From the NCBI GenBank assembly GCA_964411885.1, contig CAYPMK010000001.1:13953-65165 (forward strand): a DNA stretch of 51,213 nucleotides, in the 5' to 3' direction. Origin of the DNA: an uncultured Bdellovibrionales bacterium (lineage in GTDB: Bacteria; Bdellovibrionota; JAFGOL01). Both the position numbers and the translations under genes were made by a program. Under the pieces are notes generated by a model. That model saw only the letters and a program-made list of their open reading frames with translations. It searched no databases and was not told the DNA's origin. This document shows, one piece after another, positions 38,162 to 47,624 of the stretch (the first letter of the stretch is position 1; every line of letters begins with the position of its first letter).

Positions 38162-39481
38162 ATGTTTAAATTCATCCAGATAGCAGCAAGGAACCTTTTA
38201 AAGAATAGAAGCAGAACACTAATACTTTCCGCGTCTATAACTATTACGTCGATAATACTTACGCTATTAATGTCGTTAACCTCTGGTATAGAGGACACGA
38301 TGATCCGTTCTTCTACTACACTTTTGACGGGTCATGTTAATATAGCTGGGTTTCATAAAATAAGTTCAAGCTCTGCCGCTCCTGTAGTTAAGGATTATAA
38401 GGAATTGGAGGACATTGCAAATAACCACATAAAAGATACAACTGTCGTTCTAGATAGAATAAAAGGTTGGGGAAAAATAGTTTCTGATACAGCCTCTTTA
38501 CAATACCCAATGTGGGGTGTTGATATAAACACAGAAAAAGATATTAAAGAGGTAATGGAAATAGCACCAAAGGGAAAATATGGTAATGGAAGTTTTGATT
38601 GCATGAAAGAAAGGGGTGGTGTTCTTATATTCGAGAATCATGCAGATAGACTTGGTGTTATGGTTGGAGATGCTGTTACTATATCTATGCCAACGTATAG
38701 AAATATATACAACACAAAAGATGTTACTGTATGTGCTGTATTAAAGGATATAGGTTTTTTATCTCAGTTTGGTCTTTTTCTTCACAAAGAAGACCTTAGA
38801 GAACTTTATCAAATGAACGAAACTACTACCGGTCAAATAATGATATATCTTAAGAATGTTAAGGATACCTCAAAAGTAGAGAATCAGTTAAGAACGATGC
38901 TCTCAAAAAAAGGTTATAGATTAATGGAAAAGGAATCAAAACCATTTTGGATGAAGTTTGAGCGTGTAACTGCAGAAACATGGACTGGTCAAAAGATAGA
39001 TATAACAACATGGGAAGATGAAATATCGTTCATGAAATGGATAATAAAAACATTTAGCGTGTTAAGTATTTTGCTGGTCTTTGTTCTTCTTTTTATAATA
39101 GTTCTAGGGATAACTAACTCTGTGTGGATGTCTATAAAGGAAAGGACTAGCGAGATAGGTACACTAAGAGCTATAGGTATGTATAGAAAAGAGGTCCTTA
39201 AGATGTTTGTTCTTGAGGGATTTATACTTTCTGCAATAAGTTCTTTTGTAGGGACTGTTTTTGGTGTTGTTTTATGCTACATAATAAATTTCATAGAAAT
39301 ACCTGTCACGTCACTATCATTTAAAGTGTTATTGCTGAGTGATCACATAATACTCCTTGTCAAACCATCTAATCTTATATTTTCTTTTATCACTATAACT
39401 TTTTTTGCTACCTGTGGTTCTATAATACCTGCATATAGGGCAAGCAAGATGAAGCCAGTAACTGCTATAAATCTTAGTTAA
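38162..39481 (+). CDS. FtsX/MacB-type ABC permease (second paralog)
   Basis: 439 aa with the same topology. 'ERTSEIGTLRAIGMY' and the C-terminal 'PAYRASKMKPVTAI'. Confidence 0.85.
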   Translation: MFKFIQIAARNLLKNRSRTLILSASITITSIILTLLMSLTSGIEDTMIRSSTTLLTGHVNIAGFHKISSSSAAPVVKDYKELEDIANNHIKDTTVVLDRIKGWGKIVSDTASLQYPMWGVDINTEKDIKEVMEIAPKGKYGNGSFDCMKERGGVLIFENHADRLGVMVGDAVTISMPTYRNIYNTKDVTVCAVLKDIGFLSQFGLFLHKEDLRELYQMNETTTGQIMIYLKNVKDTSKVENQLRTMLSKKGYRLMEKESKPFWMKFERVTAETWTGQKIDITTWEDEISFMKWIIKTFSVLSILLVFVLLFIIVLGITNSVWMSIKERTSEIGTLRAIGMYRKEVLKMFVLEGFILSAISSFVGTVFGVVLCYIINFIEIPVTSLSFKVLLLSDHIILLVKPSNLIFSFITITFFATCGSIIPAYRASKMKPVTAINLS

Positions 39482-39485
39482 GGAG

Positions 39486-40271
39486 ATGAAAATGCAAAAA
39501 CTTATCTTTATTATATTGGTAACGCTTTTATCTATAAAGCCGTTATATTCTCTCAAACCATTGACTGATGGGCAGGCTCTTGAACTAGTTAAGGTGGTAG
39601 ATGATAGGCAGCGTAATAGTGGAGATTATAAATCTAGCGCTTTTATTAAAGAAACAGAAAGAGGTAAAACGCCCAGAATTTATGAGGCTGTTGTTTATAG
39701 AAGGGATCTTGACAACAAATTCATGATACTGTTCTTAAAACCAAAAGAAGAGGCTGGGAAAGGATATCTTAAGATAGACAAAAATCTTTGGATGTATGAT
39801 CCTGCTACTGGTAAATGGGACAGAAGGACAGAGAGAGAAAAAATAGCAGGAACTAATTCTAGAAGAGCTGACTTTGATGAATCAAGATTAGCAGAGGAAT
39901 ATATAGTAAAATATATAGGGAATGAAAAATTGGGACAGTTTGATTCTTACAAAGTGGATCTTGCTGCAAAAAAAGGAATAGACGTCGCATATCCCAAAAT
40001 AATGCTTTGGATAGATTCTGAGAACAATAATATATTAAAGAGAGATGAATATGCTTTATCTGGGAAATTGTTAAGAACGACCTTTTATCCAAAGTGGTAT
40101 AAAAAATATAGCGAGTCAAAAAAAGCAGATGTATGGGTGCCTCAAGAAATGAGAATCTTTGATAAGCTTGAGGTTGGTAATTCTACAATAATACTTATTA
40201 AAGAAGTTGATCTTAATTCATTGCCAGCCAATATATTCACAAAAGCTTGGCTGGAAAGTAAAAGCAGGTGA
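39486..40271 (+). CDS. LolA-like outer-membrane lipoprotein-sorting protein family
   Basis: 261 aa with a signal peptide. 'RIYEAVVYRRDLDNKFMILFLKPKEEAGKGYLKIDKNLWMYDPATGKWDRR' is typical of the LolA_like family. Confidence 0.7.
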   Translation: MKMQKLIFIILVTLLSIKPLYSLKPLTDGQALELVKVVDDRQRNSGDYKSSAFIKETERGKTPRIYEAVVYRRDLDNKFMILFLKPKEEAGKGYLKIDKNLWMYDPATGKWDRRTEREKIAGTNSRRADFDESRLAEEYIVKYIGNEKLGQFDSYKVDLAAKKGIDVAYPKIMLWIDSENNNILKRDEYALSGKLLRTTFYPKWYKKYSESKKADVWVPQEMRIFDKLEVGNSTIILIKEVDLNSLPANIFTKAWLESKSR

Positions 40272-40276
40272 TCATT

Positions 40277-41536
40277 ATGAATAAAAGATTATTTAGAGTG
40301 TTTTTATTGTTGTTCATAATTAATTCTTCAATATCCTTTGCAGAGGATTTCCCAACAGATGACATTAGTCTGGACCAAGCTTTTGCCGAGGACAAAGGTA
40401 TAACACAGGAACAAAAAGACTTTTCTTTAAGAGATAAAACAGAAATTGGCGGTTCTATATTCAGCGACTTTTATTATTCAACGTATAGTGATAAGAGTTT
40501 TAATAATAATGTTTTTACTAATACCAATCTTGGCTACGTATATCTTGATTCAAAACTTCCAGAAGATGTAAGGTTCTTTCTTAAAGGTAAATTTGTTTAT
40601 ACTCCTACTTCAGAAGGAGAGCTTTCTCCTGTTACAGGAGAAACTTATGAAAAACTTTCTGCTGATCTTGATGAAGCAAAAATTATGTTCAATACATACA
40701 ACAGCGTTTTCTTTACGTTGGGTAAACAAAAAGTTAAATATGGTGCGGCAAAATTTTGGAACCCAACTGATTTCTTGAACCAGACCATGAAGAACCCTTT
40801 TTACGACTATGATAGAAGAACAGGGCTTCCGTTGGTGAAGATACATGTTCCAATAAATAGCAGCAACTTTTATTTAATAGGAGATCTTGATGATGCCAGG
40901 AACATAGATCAAGTTTCTTATGTTGTACGCTATGAGTTACCATTAGAAGCATCAGAATTTTCTATTTCAACTAGGGCAAAAAAAGATGCTGCAACAAAGC
41001 TTGGTTTTGATCTTTCTACGGCATTATATGAGATAGACGTATATGCAGAGGCTAGTGTTTCAAAAGGGAGTGATAAAATATTTTATACACAGGCTGGAAC
41101 TCCTTACATGGATACCAAGAAAGCATATTGGACTGTTTCTGCAGGCATGAGCTATGAAATGCCTTTTCTTGATGCAGATTCAATAACTTTTTCTCTAGAG
41201 TACTATTATAACGGCGAAGGTTATAAAGACCCTTCTATGTATGGTGTTCTATGGTTAAAGAAAGCTTATGTGCCTCTTAATACAGCTAAACAATATGCAA
41301 TGTTCATGGTCTATGCACCAAATCCTGGTTCATGGAATGATACCAATATAAGTGTTTTTAACATTGCTAACCTTACAGATTCTAGCGCTATAACGAGAGC
41401 AGAATTAATGTATCTTTTTACCAAAGACCTTTCTATTGGGTTTAACATAACAGGACACTATGGAAAAAGTAGCGGGGAATTCCGTTTGTATGGTCAGTTA
41501 TTAGACTTTGGTGTAAGGCTCGAACTTAACTTTTAA
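40277..41536 (+). CDS. Predicted outer-membrane beta-barrel (alginate-export/DUF1302-like 'GxQ...W-NPxD' motif)
   Basis: ATG at 40277 after SD AGGTGA (the tracked GTG is at 40268). Signal peptide ends '...SSISFA'. '[21 protein letters not shown]'. Terminal '...RLELNF'. Confidence 0.55.
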   Translation: MNKRLFRVFLLLFIINSSISFAEDFPTDDISLDQAFAEDKGITQEQKDFSLRDKTEIGGSIFSDFYYSTYSDKSFNNNVFTNTNLGYVYLDSKLPEDVRFFLKGKFVYTPTSEGELSPVTGETYEKLSADLDEAKIMFNTYNSVFFTLGKQKVKYGAAKFWNPTDFLNQTMKNPFYDYDRRTGLPLVKIHVPINSSNFYLIGDLDDARNIDQVSYVVRYELPLEASEFSISTRAKKDAATKLGFDLSTALYEIDVYAEASVSKGSDKIFYTQAGTPYMDTKKAYWTVSAGMSYEMPFLDADSITFSLEYYYNGEGYKDPSMYGVLWLKKAYVPLNTAKQYAMFMVYAPNPGSWNDTNISVFNIANLTDSSAITRAELMYLFTKDLSIGFNITGHYGKSSGEFRLYGQLLDFGVRLELNF

Positions 41537-42562
41537 AAAATATTTCTTTTTAAAATACAAGGCCACACTGACGAGGCCGATTAGTACTGGAACTTCTACT
41601 AGTGGTCCTATTACAGCTGCAAAAGCTGCACCGTGTCCTATTCCAAAAGTTGCTATTGCTACGGCTATGGCTAATTCAAAATTATTAGAAGCGGCCGTAA
41701 AAGAAAGAGTTGTTGATTCTTTGTAGTTTGCCCCAAACTTTTTACTTAAGAAAAAGGACATGAGGAACATTACTACAAAATATATCAATAGTGGTATGGT
41801 TATCCTTATTACATCCATTGGCAACTGTACTATATATTCTCCTTTAAGAGAGAACATGATGATGATTGTAAATAAAAGAGCTAGTAATGTTATTGGGCTT
41901 ATTTTTGGTATGAATTTTGTTTGATACCATTGTTTGTCTTTTATTTTAATTAGTATGTATCTTGTAAGCATACCTGCAATAAAAGGGATACCTAAATAAA
42001 TAAAAACACTAATAGCAATTTCTTTTATTGTTATATTTACAACAGCACCTTTAAGGCCAAACCACGAAGGGAGTACGGTTATAAAAATATATGCATAAAC
42101 AGAAAAGAACAAAACTTGAAAAATGGAATTAAAAGCAACAAGACCAGCACAATATTCAGTATCTCCTTTGGCTAGATCATTCCAAACAATTACCATGGCG
42201 ATGCATCTTGCAAGACCTATTAATATTAGCCCTATCATATATTCAGGCTTGTCATGCAGGAATATTATTGCCAGAACGAACATCAAAACAGGGCCAATTA
42301 TCCAATTCTGTATTAAAGAAAGTGTTAATATTTTTTTGTTTGAGAAAACTCGGCCTAGCTCTTCATATTTTACTTTTGCAAGAGGTGGATACATCATTAG
42401 TATTAAGCCAATCGCGATTGGAATTGAGGTGGTACCTAGGTTGAACTTGTTGATAAATGGGACCACGCCCGGGATAAGATACCCCAAAAAAACGCCAATC
42501 AGCATTGCTAAAAAAATCCATAAGGTCAGGAATCTGTCTAAAAATTTTAGATGTACAGCCAT
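41501..42562 (-). CDS. acr3: Arsenite efflux permease, ACR3 family
   Basis: 353 aa. '[14 protein letters not shown]', '[14 protein letters not shown]', conserved Cys box '[13 protein letters not shown]' and '[10 protein letters not shown]'. SD AAGGAG. Confidence 0.9.
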   Translation of the reverse strand: MAVHLKFLDRFLTLWIFLAMLIGVFLGYLIPGVVPFINKFNLGTTSIPIAIGLILMMYPPLAKVKYEELGRVFSNKKILTLSLIQNWIIGPVLMFVLAIIFLHDKPEYMIGLILIGLARCIAMVIVWNDLAKGDTEYCAGLVAFNSIFQVLFFSVYAYIFITVLPSWFGLKGAVVNITIKEIAISVFIYLGIPFIAGMLTRYILIKIKDKQWYQTKFIPKISPITLLALLFTIIIMFSLKGEYIVQLPMDVIRITIPLLIYFVVMFLMSFFLSKKFGANYKESTTLSFTAASNNFELAIAVAIATFGIGHGAAFAAVIGPLVEVPVLIGLVSVALYFKKKYFLKVKFEPYTKV

Positions 42563-42576
42563 TTTTTCTCCTTTAT

Positions 42577-43614
42577 TTAAAAGATTAGATTAAATATATA
42601 TCCAACGATTAATATACCAATGGCTACCACACCAACGAACGTCAATATTAATTTTAGTTTTAAAACTTTTCTCAAAATTATTATTTCAGGTAGCGATAGT
42701 CCTATTGTTGCCATCATAAATGCTAGCACAGTTCCGAGTGCAGCCCCCTTTCCTAGTAGCGATTGGACTATAGGTATTATCCCCGCTGCATTAGAATAAA
42801 GTGGTACACCTATAAGAACAGCTGTAGGCACAGACCACCATGCTCCTTTGCCCATTATGTTAGCAAGATAATTTTCAGGTATATATCCATGGATGAAGGC
42901 GCCTATTGCAATTCCCATAATCAAATAAGTCCAAACTTTTCCTACTATCTCCTTTACATTTTTGAAACCAACGTCTGTTCTTTGTTTCCAACTTAGAACA
43001 CTTTTTTCATTCTTTGATGTTTCTGCTTTGTTCTCGTAAACCCATTCTTCTATATATCTTTCTAATTTAAGCTTCCCTATGACCCAACCAGCTACTATAG
43101 CTATAAATAGCCCAGTAGTTAAATAGAGTAGAGCAACCTTCCAACCGAACATGCCAAGTAAAAGGACTAGGGCTACTTCATTTATCATCGGTGAAGAAAT
43201 CAAGAAAGAAAAAGTTATTCCTAGTGGTACTCCACTAGTAACAAAACCTATAAATAAAGGGATTGCAGAGCAAGTACAGAAAGGAGTCATTATGCCCAAA
43301 AGTGAGGCAAGGATATTACCCGTGAATTCGCTTTTTCCAGAGAGTGTTTTTTTTATCCTCTCTGGTGTAAAAAAAGTTCTTGTTACGCCAACTATAAAAA
43401 CTATCACTACTAAAAGTATTAATACTTTTGGTGTATCAAATATAAAGAACTGAACGGCTGAACCTATTTTAGTTGTAGGATCCATTTTGAGTAGAGAAAA
43501 AGTTATCCAACTGGAAACCCTCTCTAAATTAAAATATATGAGCAAAGAGCTTATAAGGAACAAAGAGACCCTAAACGTCGTTGATTTCAAGATTTTATTT
43601 TTTAACGATTTCAC
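42577..43614 (-). CDS. arsP: COG0701/ArsP-type permease (putative organoarsenical efflux)
   Basis: 345 aa, about 8-10 TM. Intramembrane Cys pair box '[13 protein letters not shown]'. The GTG start is preceded by SD 'GAGGGGGG'. Confidence 0.75.
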   Translation of the reverse strand: MKSLKNKILKSTTFRVSLFLISSLLIYFNLERVSSWITFSLLKMDPTTKIGSAVQFFIFDTPKVLILLVVIVFIVGVTRTFFTPERIKKTLSGKSEFTGNILASLLGIMTPFCTCSAIPLFIGFVTSGVPLGITFSFLISSPMINEVALVLLLGMFGWKVALLYLTTGLFIAIVAGWVIGKLKLERYIEEWVYENKAETSKNEKSVLSWKQRTDVGFKNVKEIVGKVWTYLIMGIAIGAFIHGYIPENYLANIMGKGAWWSVPTAVLIGVPLYSNAAGIIPIVQSLLGKGAALGTVLAFMMATIGLSLPEIIILRKVLKLKLILTFVGVVAIGILIVGYIFNLIF

Positions 43615-43891
43615 AGCAACCCCCCTCTACCTTTATCGCTTTTATATTAACAAGAGCATCTGTAACTTTGTAATTAGCAGAAGACAGTATTCTTGAAACA
43701 GTTGAGCGGTGTATCTTCATTCCCTTTGCTATCTTGCTCTGTTCCCACTCCTCAAGGTAACTTAGTCTTAACACCTCAAGCTCGTCAATCGTTAAAGTAA
43801 TCCCGATAAGTTCGCTAGTCTTTTTACATTTAGGTCTAAAGCATCTTTCTTTTGGACTGCATTTTATCCATCTTGTTTTTTTTGGTCTCAA
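43595..43891 (-). CDS. DUF134 (UPF0251) family predicted DNA-binding protein
   Basis: 98 aa. TTG start after SD 'GTGAGG'. 'RPKKTRWIKC...FRPK', 'LTIDELEVLRLSYLEEWEQSKIAKGMKIHRSTVSRIL' (sigma-70 region-4-like HTH) and 'AIKVEGG'. Five Cys, including a C-terminal Cys-Cys. Confidence 0.75.
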   Translation of the reverse strand: MRPKKTRWIKCSPKERCFRPKCKKTSELIGITLTIDELEVLRLSYLEEWEQSKIAKGMKIHRSTVSRILSSANYKVTDALVNIKAIKVEGGCCEIVKK

Positions 43892-43916
43892 AATATGACC
43901 TCACTTTATATAGTTT

Positions 43917-43930
43917 TGCACATGCGTGCA
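43917..43930. promoter_or_regulatory. Inverted repeat TGCAC-N4-GTGCA overlapping the -10/TSS of the operon above (candidate operator)
   Basis: The + strand reads TGCACATGCGTGCA. Five-bp arms, and the repeat starts at the last base of the -10 hexamer. Confidence 0.35.
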
Positions 43931-43958
43931 TAATAATGTTTTCAAGTACTTAAGTCAA
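43930..43958 (-). promoter_or_regulatory. Candidate sigma-70 promoter of the DUF134-arsP-acr3 operon
   Basis: On the minus strand: TTGACT (43958-43953), 17 nt spacer, TATTAT (43935-43930). Confidence 0.5.
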
Positions 43959-43996
43959 TTTAAAAGATCAGCGAACCTGAATTTTGAATTAGTGGA

Positions 43997-44025
43997 CTTG
44001 ACTTTCTTTTAAACGATACCCAGTT
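43997..44025 (+). promoter_or_regulatory. Sigma-32-like heat-shock promoter upstream of hsp20
   Basis: CTTGAC (43997-44002), 15 nt, then ACCCAGTT (44018-44025), compared with the consensus CTTGAA-N13-15-CCCCATNT. No good sigma-70 -10 box is present at the right spacing. Confidence 0.35.
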
Positions 44026-44067
44026 TTTATTTGGAAGGAAGATAAAAAAATAAAGGGGGTGTTTGAT

Positions 44068-44142
44068 ATGAAATGGTTAAGTGATTGTGGTTGTGGTTTT
44101 TCGCTAGAAGGGCTTTTTGATGGTTTCTTTATGTTTAAATAA
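44068..44142 (+). CDS. Possible 24-aa micro-ORF (MKWLSDCGCGFSLEGLFDGFFMFK) in the hsp20 leader
   Basis: The ATG lies 7 nt after a strong SD 'AAAGGGGGTG'. Below the ORF-track length cutoff. No homology evidence. Confidence 0.25.
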   Translation: MKWLSDCGCGFSLEGLFDGFFMFK

Positions 44143-44174
44143 TTAATTAATAGTAAAAAAGGAGGGAGATAACT

Positions 44175-44618
44175 ATGAAGTATGAAATTACAAAACCAAC
44201 AAACAGGAAATCAATGTTCGATCTTTTCTTTGGAGACAAATTCTATGATGACTTTTTTGCACCAGTAACAGGTAGTGTAGGAGAAATGTCTTCTTGGAGA
44301 CCAGCAGTAGACATAATAGAGAAAGATGACAAATATCTTATAACAGCAGAACTACCTGGTGTAGATGAAAAAGATGTAAGCATAGAAATTAAAGATGGCG
44401 TTCTTACCCTAAAAGGAGAAAGGAACAAGGAATATACAGAAGAAAGTGATAACGTTTATAGGTGTGAAAGGAGTTATGGTTCATTTATGAGGTCTTTTAA
44501 CATAGCTGACGTTAACGAAGAAAAAATAGATGCACAGTATAAGGATGGTATATTAAAAATTGAGCTTCCAAAGGCTGAGCAGAAAAAGCCAAAGAAGGTG
44601 AGTATTAAAAAAGGCTAA
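44175..44618 (+). CDS. Small heat-shock protein (Hsp20 / alpha-crystallin family)
   Basis: 147 aa. 'PAVDIIEKDDKYLITAELPGV', 'GVLTLKGER', 'SYGSFMRSFNI', 'GILKIELPK'. SD AAGGAGGG. Confidence 0.92.
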   Translation: MKYEITKPTNRKSMFDLFFGDKFYDDFFAPVTGSVGEMSSWRPAVDIIEKDDKYLITAELPGVDEKDVSIEIKDGVLTLKGERNKEYTEESDNVYRCERSYGSFMRSFNIADVNEEKIDAQYKDGILKIELPKAEQKKPKKVSIKKG

Positions 44619-44648
44619 GGAAAAAGATCGTAGAAGTTAAACGTCTAG

Positions 44649-44682
44649 GGGAAGGGGATGTATCTATCTCCTTCCCTTTTTT
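44649..44682 (+). terminator. Rho-independent terminator of hsp20
   Basis: GGGAAGGGGA-tgtatcta-TCTCCTTCCC (10-bp stem) followed by T6. Confidence 0.8.
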
Positions 44683-44707
44683 AATATCATGTAATAATGT
44701 CCATTCT

Positions 44708-45367
44708 ATGAAATTTGATGCTATAGTCTTTGACCTTGATGGAACACTTATAGACAGTTCTAAAGGCATACTTGATTCTTTGTTCAAGGCCATGGATGTA
44801 TATGGGATAGAACCTGCTATAACAAAACTTGATTCACACTTTTTTATGGGTAAAAGTTTGCCAGAGACACTTGATGTACTGATGCCCGGAGCAACAAAAG
44901 AAATGACTAAAAAAGTTGGGGATTATTATGTAAGTCATTACTACGATAATTATATGGATAAAGCAGAAACCTTTGAAGGTGTTAAGGAAACTATAAGGTC
45001 TTTGCATGAAAGAGGATACAAAATGGCTGTTGCTACTGCTAAACATACTTTTTGTGCAGAAGCAGAGCTTAAATCTGCTGGCATTAGAGGATATTTTCTA
45101 GAAGTAAGAGGTCGGGATGAAGGTGTGCCAGCAAAGCCAGACCCAAAATTACTTTTTGAAATATGTGAAAAGTTAAAAGTGGATCCTAAAAAAATATTAA
45201 TGGTAGGAGATACAGATAGAGATGTCCTTTTTGGAAAGAATGCAGGGACAAGCACTTGTGCTGTTACTTATGGTAATTGGTCTAAAGAAAAATTCATTAA
45301 CGAGAATATAATACCTGATATGTTTATAGATAGATTTGATGGGATATTAAATCTAATAGAGAACTAA
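44708..45367 (+). CDS. HAD-superfamily hydrolase (phosphoglycolate phosphatase-like)
   Basis: 219 aa. Motif I 'VFDLDGTLIDS', motif II 'ATAK', motif IV 'VGDTDRD'. Confidence 0.8.
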   Translation: MKFDAIVFDLDGTLIDSSKGILDSLFKAMDVYGIEPAITKLDSHFFMGKSLPETLDVLMPGATKEMTKKVGDYYVSHYYDNYMDKAETFEGVKETIRSLHERGYKMAVATAKHTFCAEAELKSAGIRGYFLEVRGRDEGVPAKPDPKLLFEICEKLKVDPKKILMVGDTDRDVLFGKNAGTSTCAVTYGNWSKEKFINENIIPDMFIDRFDGILNLIEN

Positions 45368-46014
45368 AAGGAATCCTTGTTTATCATTCTTATTATCGCT
45401 GTTATGTCAGAGGGTATATACGCATAATAATCTGCCCCAGTTTGCATTAATGCTTTAGCGGAGTTTCCTCCCCACGTTACAGCTATTATGGGTATGCCAA
45501 TTATTTTGCATGAATCTATGTCTCGTATCTCATCCCCTACATAAATAACATCTTCTTTCTCATATTTTTCTGTCCTTAATAATTTTTTTAAATGTACCCA
45601 TTTCCCAAATGCAGAGCAATTAGTATACATAAAACTAAAATAATGCCCTATTCCGTTGTTCTCTAGAACTTGTAGGGCGTTCTTTGTGCTGTTAGACGTT
45701 AGTATACCGAGTTTACATTCCTTGGAAAGCTCCTCTAACATTTCTTTTATACCGGGGAATATCTTTATATCCCCTGTTTTTTGACTTATTATCCTTTTGA
45801 TCTCTCTAGCCCAAAATAGAAGTCTTATCTTTCCAAGGTTAAGATGTGAAAGAAGGAATTCTTTAAAGGACATGTCTCTTATTATAGGAGAATCCTCTAT
45901 TGGTTTATATTTATATTTTGGTGCTAGTTCATTTGCTACGGCTAAACCGATATGGAAGGAATCTGCTAATGTTCCATCAAGATCAAAGATTACAGCTTTA
46001 ATTTTTTTATCCAT
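45364..46014 (-). CDS. HAD-superfamily hydrolase (second, convergent)
   Basis: 216 aa. 'IFDLDGTLADS', 'ILTSNS', 'VGDEIRD'. Confidence 0.8.
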   Translation of the reverse strand: MDKKIKAVIFDLDGTLADSFHIGLAVANELAPKYKYKPIEDSPIIRDMSFKEFLLSHLNLGKIRLLFWAREIKRIISQKTGDIKIFPGIKEMLEELSKECKLGILTSNSTKNALQVLENNGIGHYFSFMYTNCSAFGKWVHLKKLLRTEKYEKEDVIYVGDEIRDIDSCKIIGIPIIAVTWGGNSAKALMQTGADYYAYIPSDITAIIRMINKDSF

Positions 46015-46085
46015 TATTCTTTTTGCCTAATTTGAATTTTGTATATATAAAAAAGTAACTATTGTAAATCGGTTTTGGGGGAAAC

Positions 46086-47624
46086 ATGCAGAACATAGCT
46101 TGGCGAGATTTTTCCTTTTCCGGTAACTATATTAATGGAAGGTTTGTTATTCCGGAGCATCCTAATTCTTATGTGGATAAGAGGGACCCCGGTAATACTA
46201 AAGACCTTATCGTTAGTATACCTGTTTATTTTCCCCATGCAGAAGAAGCAGTTCAGAGTGCTAAAGATGTTTTTGAGAAGTGGTCATCTCTAGATGGAAA
46301 AACTAGATTAGAGATGTTAGGAAGGCTCAAAAATTCCTTAGAGATGCTTTCTCCTTGGCTGGTCGAACTAACCTCAAGAGAACTTGGTCGTCCTATTTGG
46401 GATTCAAAGCAGGAAGTAGAACTTGCGCTTAATGATATAAACGAACTTTTTAGACAGTTCGGTTCTTATACCCCTTTTGATGGTTCTGTCCTTGATGACT
46501 CTAAAGAAGTTATTCAGTTATATAAACCCAACGGAGTGGTGGCAGTAATAGCGCCATTCAATCAACCTGTATTATATCCAATACGTTCCATCGTGAGTTC
46601 ATTATTGATAGGCAATACCGTCGTATATAAACCTTCTGAACATACTCCATTAGTAGGACAAGTTATAGCAGAAGCAGTTCATCATGCAGAATTACCTAGT
46701 GGTGTTTTTAACATGGTATTAGGTGAAAAAGAGATATCTAAGAGGATAATAAAACATCACGGTGTATACACGGTGTTCTTTAATGGTACCTTTGAAACAG
46801 CTACTAAGATATCACAATATATATCAGATGATTATTGGAAGATTCTTGTTATGGGAACGGGCGGCAAGAATGCATCTGTTATACTTTCTGATGCCGATGT
46901 TGAGAACGCTGTCAACGAATTGATATTTGGTGCTTTTGTTAGTGCAGGACAAAGGAGCAACGGCATAAGAAGAATCTTTGTGCACAAGGACCTTGCAGAT
47001 CAATTCATCGATAAATTCCACAAAAAATCAAAAAAATTAAGAGTAGGACACCCCTTAGATGAGTATAGAGGTAAAAGACCTTTCATGGGACCTTTAATAT
47101 CAGAGAATGCAATGCAAAATTATTTAAGGTTACAAGGGATATCACAGCGTGAAGGGGCAGAAGTTCTAATGAGAGGAAAAGAAATAGACATTGATACGGG
47201 GTATAAGGGATATTATGTTACGCCATCTATACATCTTACTGATGAAATAGACGAAAAAGGTATATACAATACTAGTGAAATTTTTGGGCCTAATGTATCG
47301 ATAAAGAGATTTAGTGCGATAGAAGAAGCTATAGCATCTCATAATACTTGTGAATATGGTTATGGCCTAAGTGTATTTGGTCATGACAATGGTTGTATTA
47401 AAGAATTGGTTAGAAACTGCAACGTAGGGCAGGTGTTCCTAAATTCAATTACACTTGGGGAATCTGTTCATTATCCAATAGCAGGATATGGCAAATCTGG
47501 TAATTCTCGACCAGAGGGCTCATATAATTCTTTATATCTAAGAAGGCCAGTAACTGTATATAGAAAGGATTCTGTTTCAAAGTCGATACAGAACCTCGGC
47601 CTTGACGACATAAAGGAGTTTTAA
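46086..47624 (+). CDS. Aldehyde dehydrogenase-family protein (AstD-like) lacking the catalytic Cys and Glu
   Basis: 512 aa. ALDH landmarks 'IAPFNQP', 'YKPSEHTP' and 'SEIFGP', with an AstD-like C-terminus 'GYGKSGNSRPEG...NLGLDD'. However, 'ELGGK' reads 'GTGGK' and 'GQRC' reads 'GQRS'. Confidence 0.8.
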   Translation: MQNIAWRDFSFSGNYINGRFVIPEHPNSYVDKRDPGNTKDLIVSIPVYFPHAEEAVQSAKDVFEKWSSLDGKTRLEMLGRLKNSLEMLSPWLVELTSRELGRPIWDSKQEVELALNDINELFRQFGSYTPFDGSVLDDSKEVIQLYKPNGVVAVIAPFNQPVLYPIRSIVSSLLIGNTVVYKPSEHTPLVGQVIAEAVHHAELPSGVFNMVLGEKEISKRIIKHHGVYTVFFNGTFETATKISQYISDDYWKILVMGTGGKNASVILSDADVENAVNELIFGAFVSAGQRSNGIRRIFVHKDLADQFIDKFHKKSKKLRVGHPLDEYRGKRPFMGPLISENAMQNYLRLQGISQREGAEVLMRGKEIDIDTGYKGYYVTPSIHLTDEIDEKGIYNTSEIFGPNVSIKRFSAIEEAIASHNTCEYGYGLSVFGHDNGCIKELVRNCNVGQVFLNSITLGESVHYPIAGYGKSGNSRPEGSYNSLYLRRPVTVYRKDSVSKSIQNLGLDDIKEF

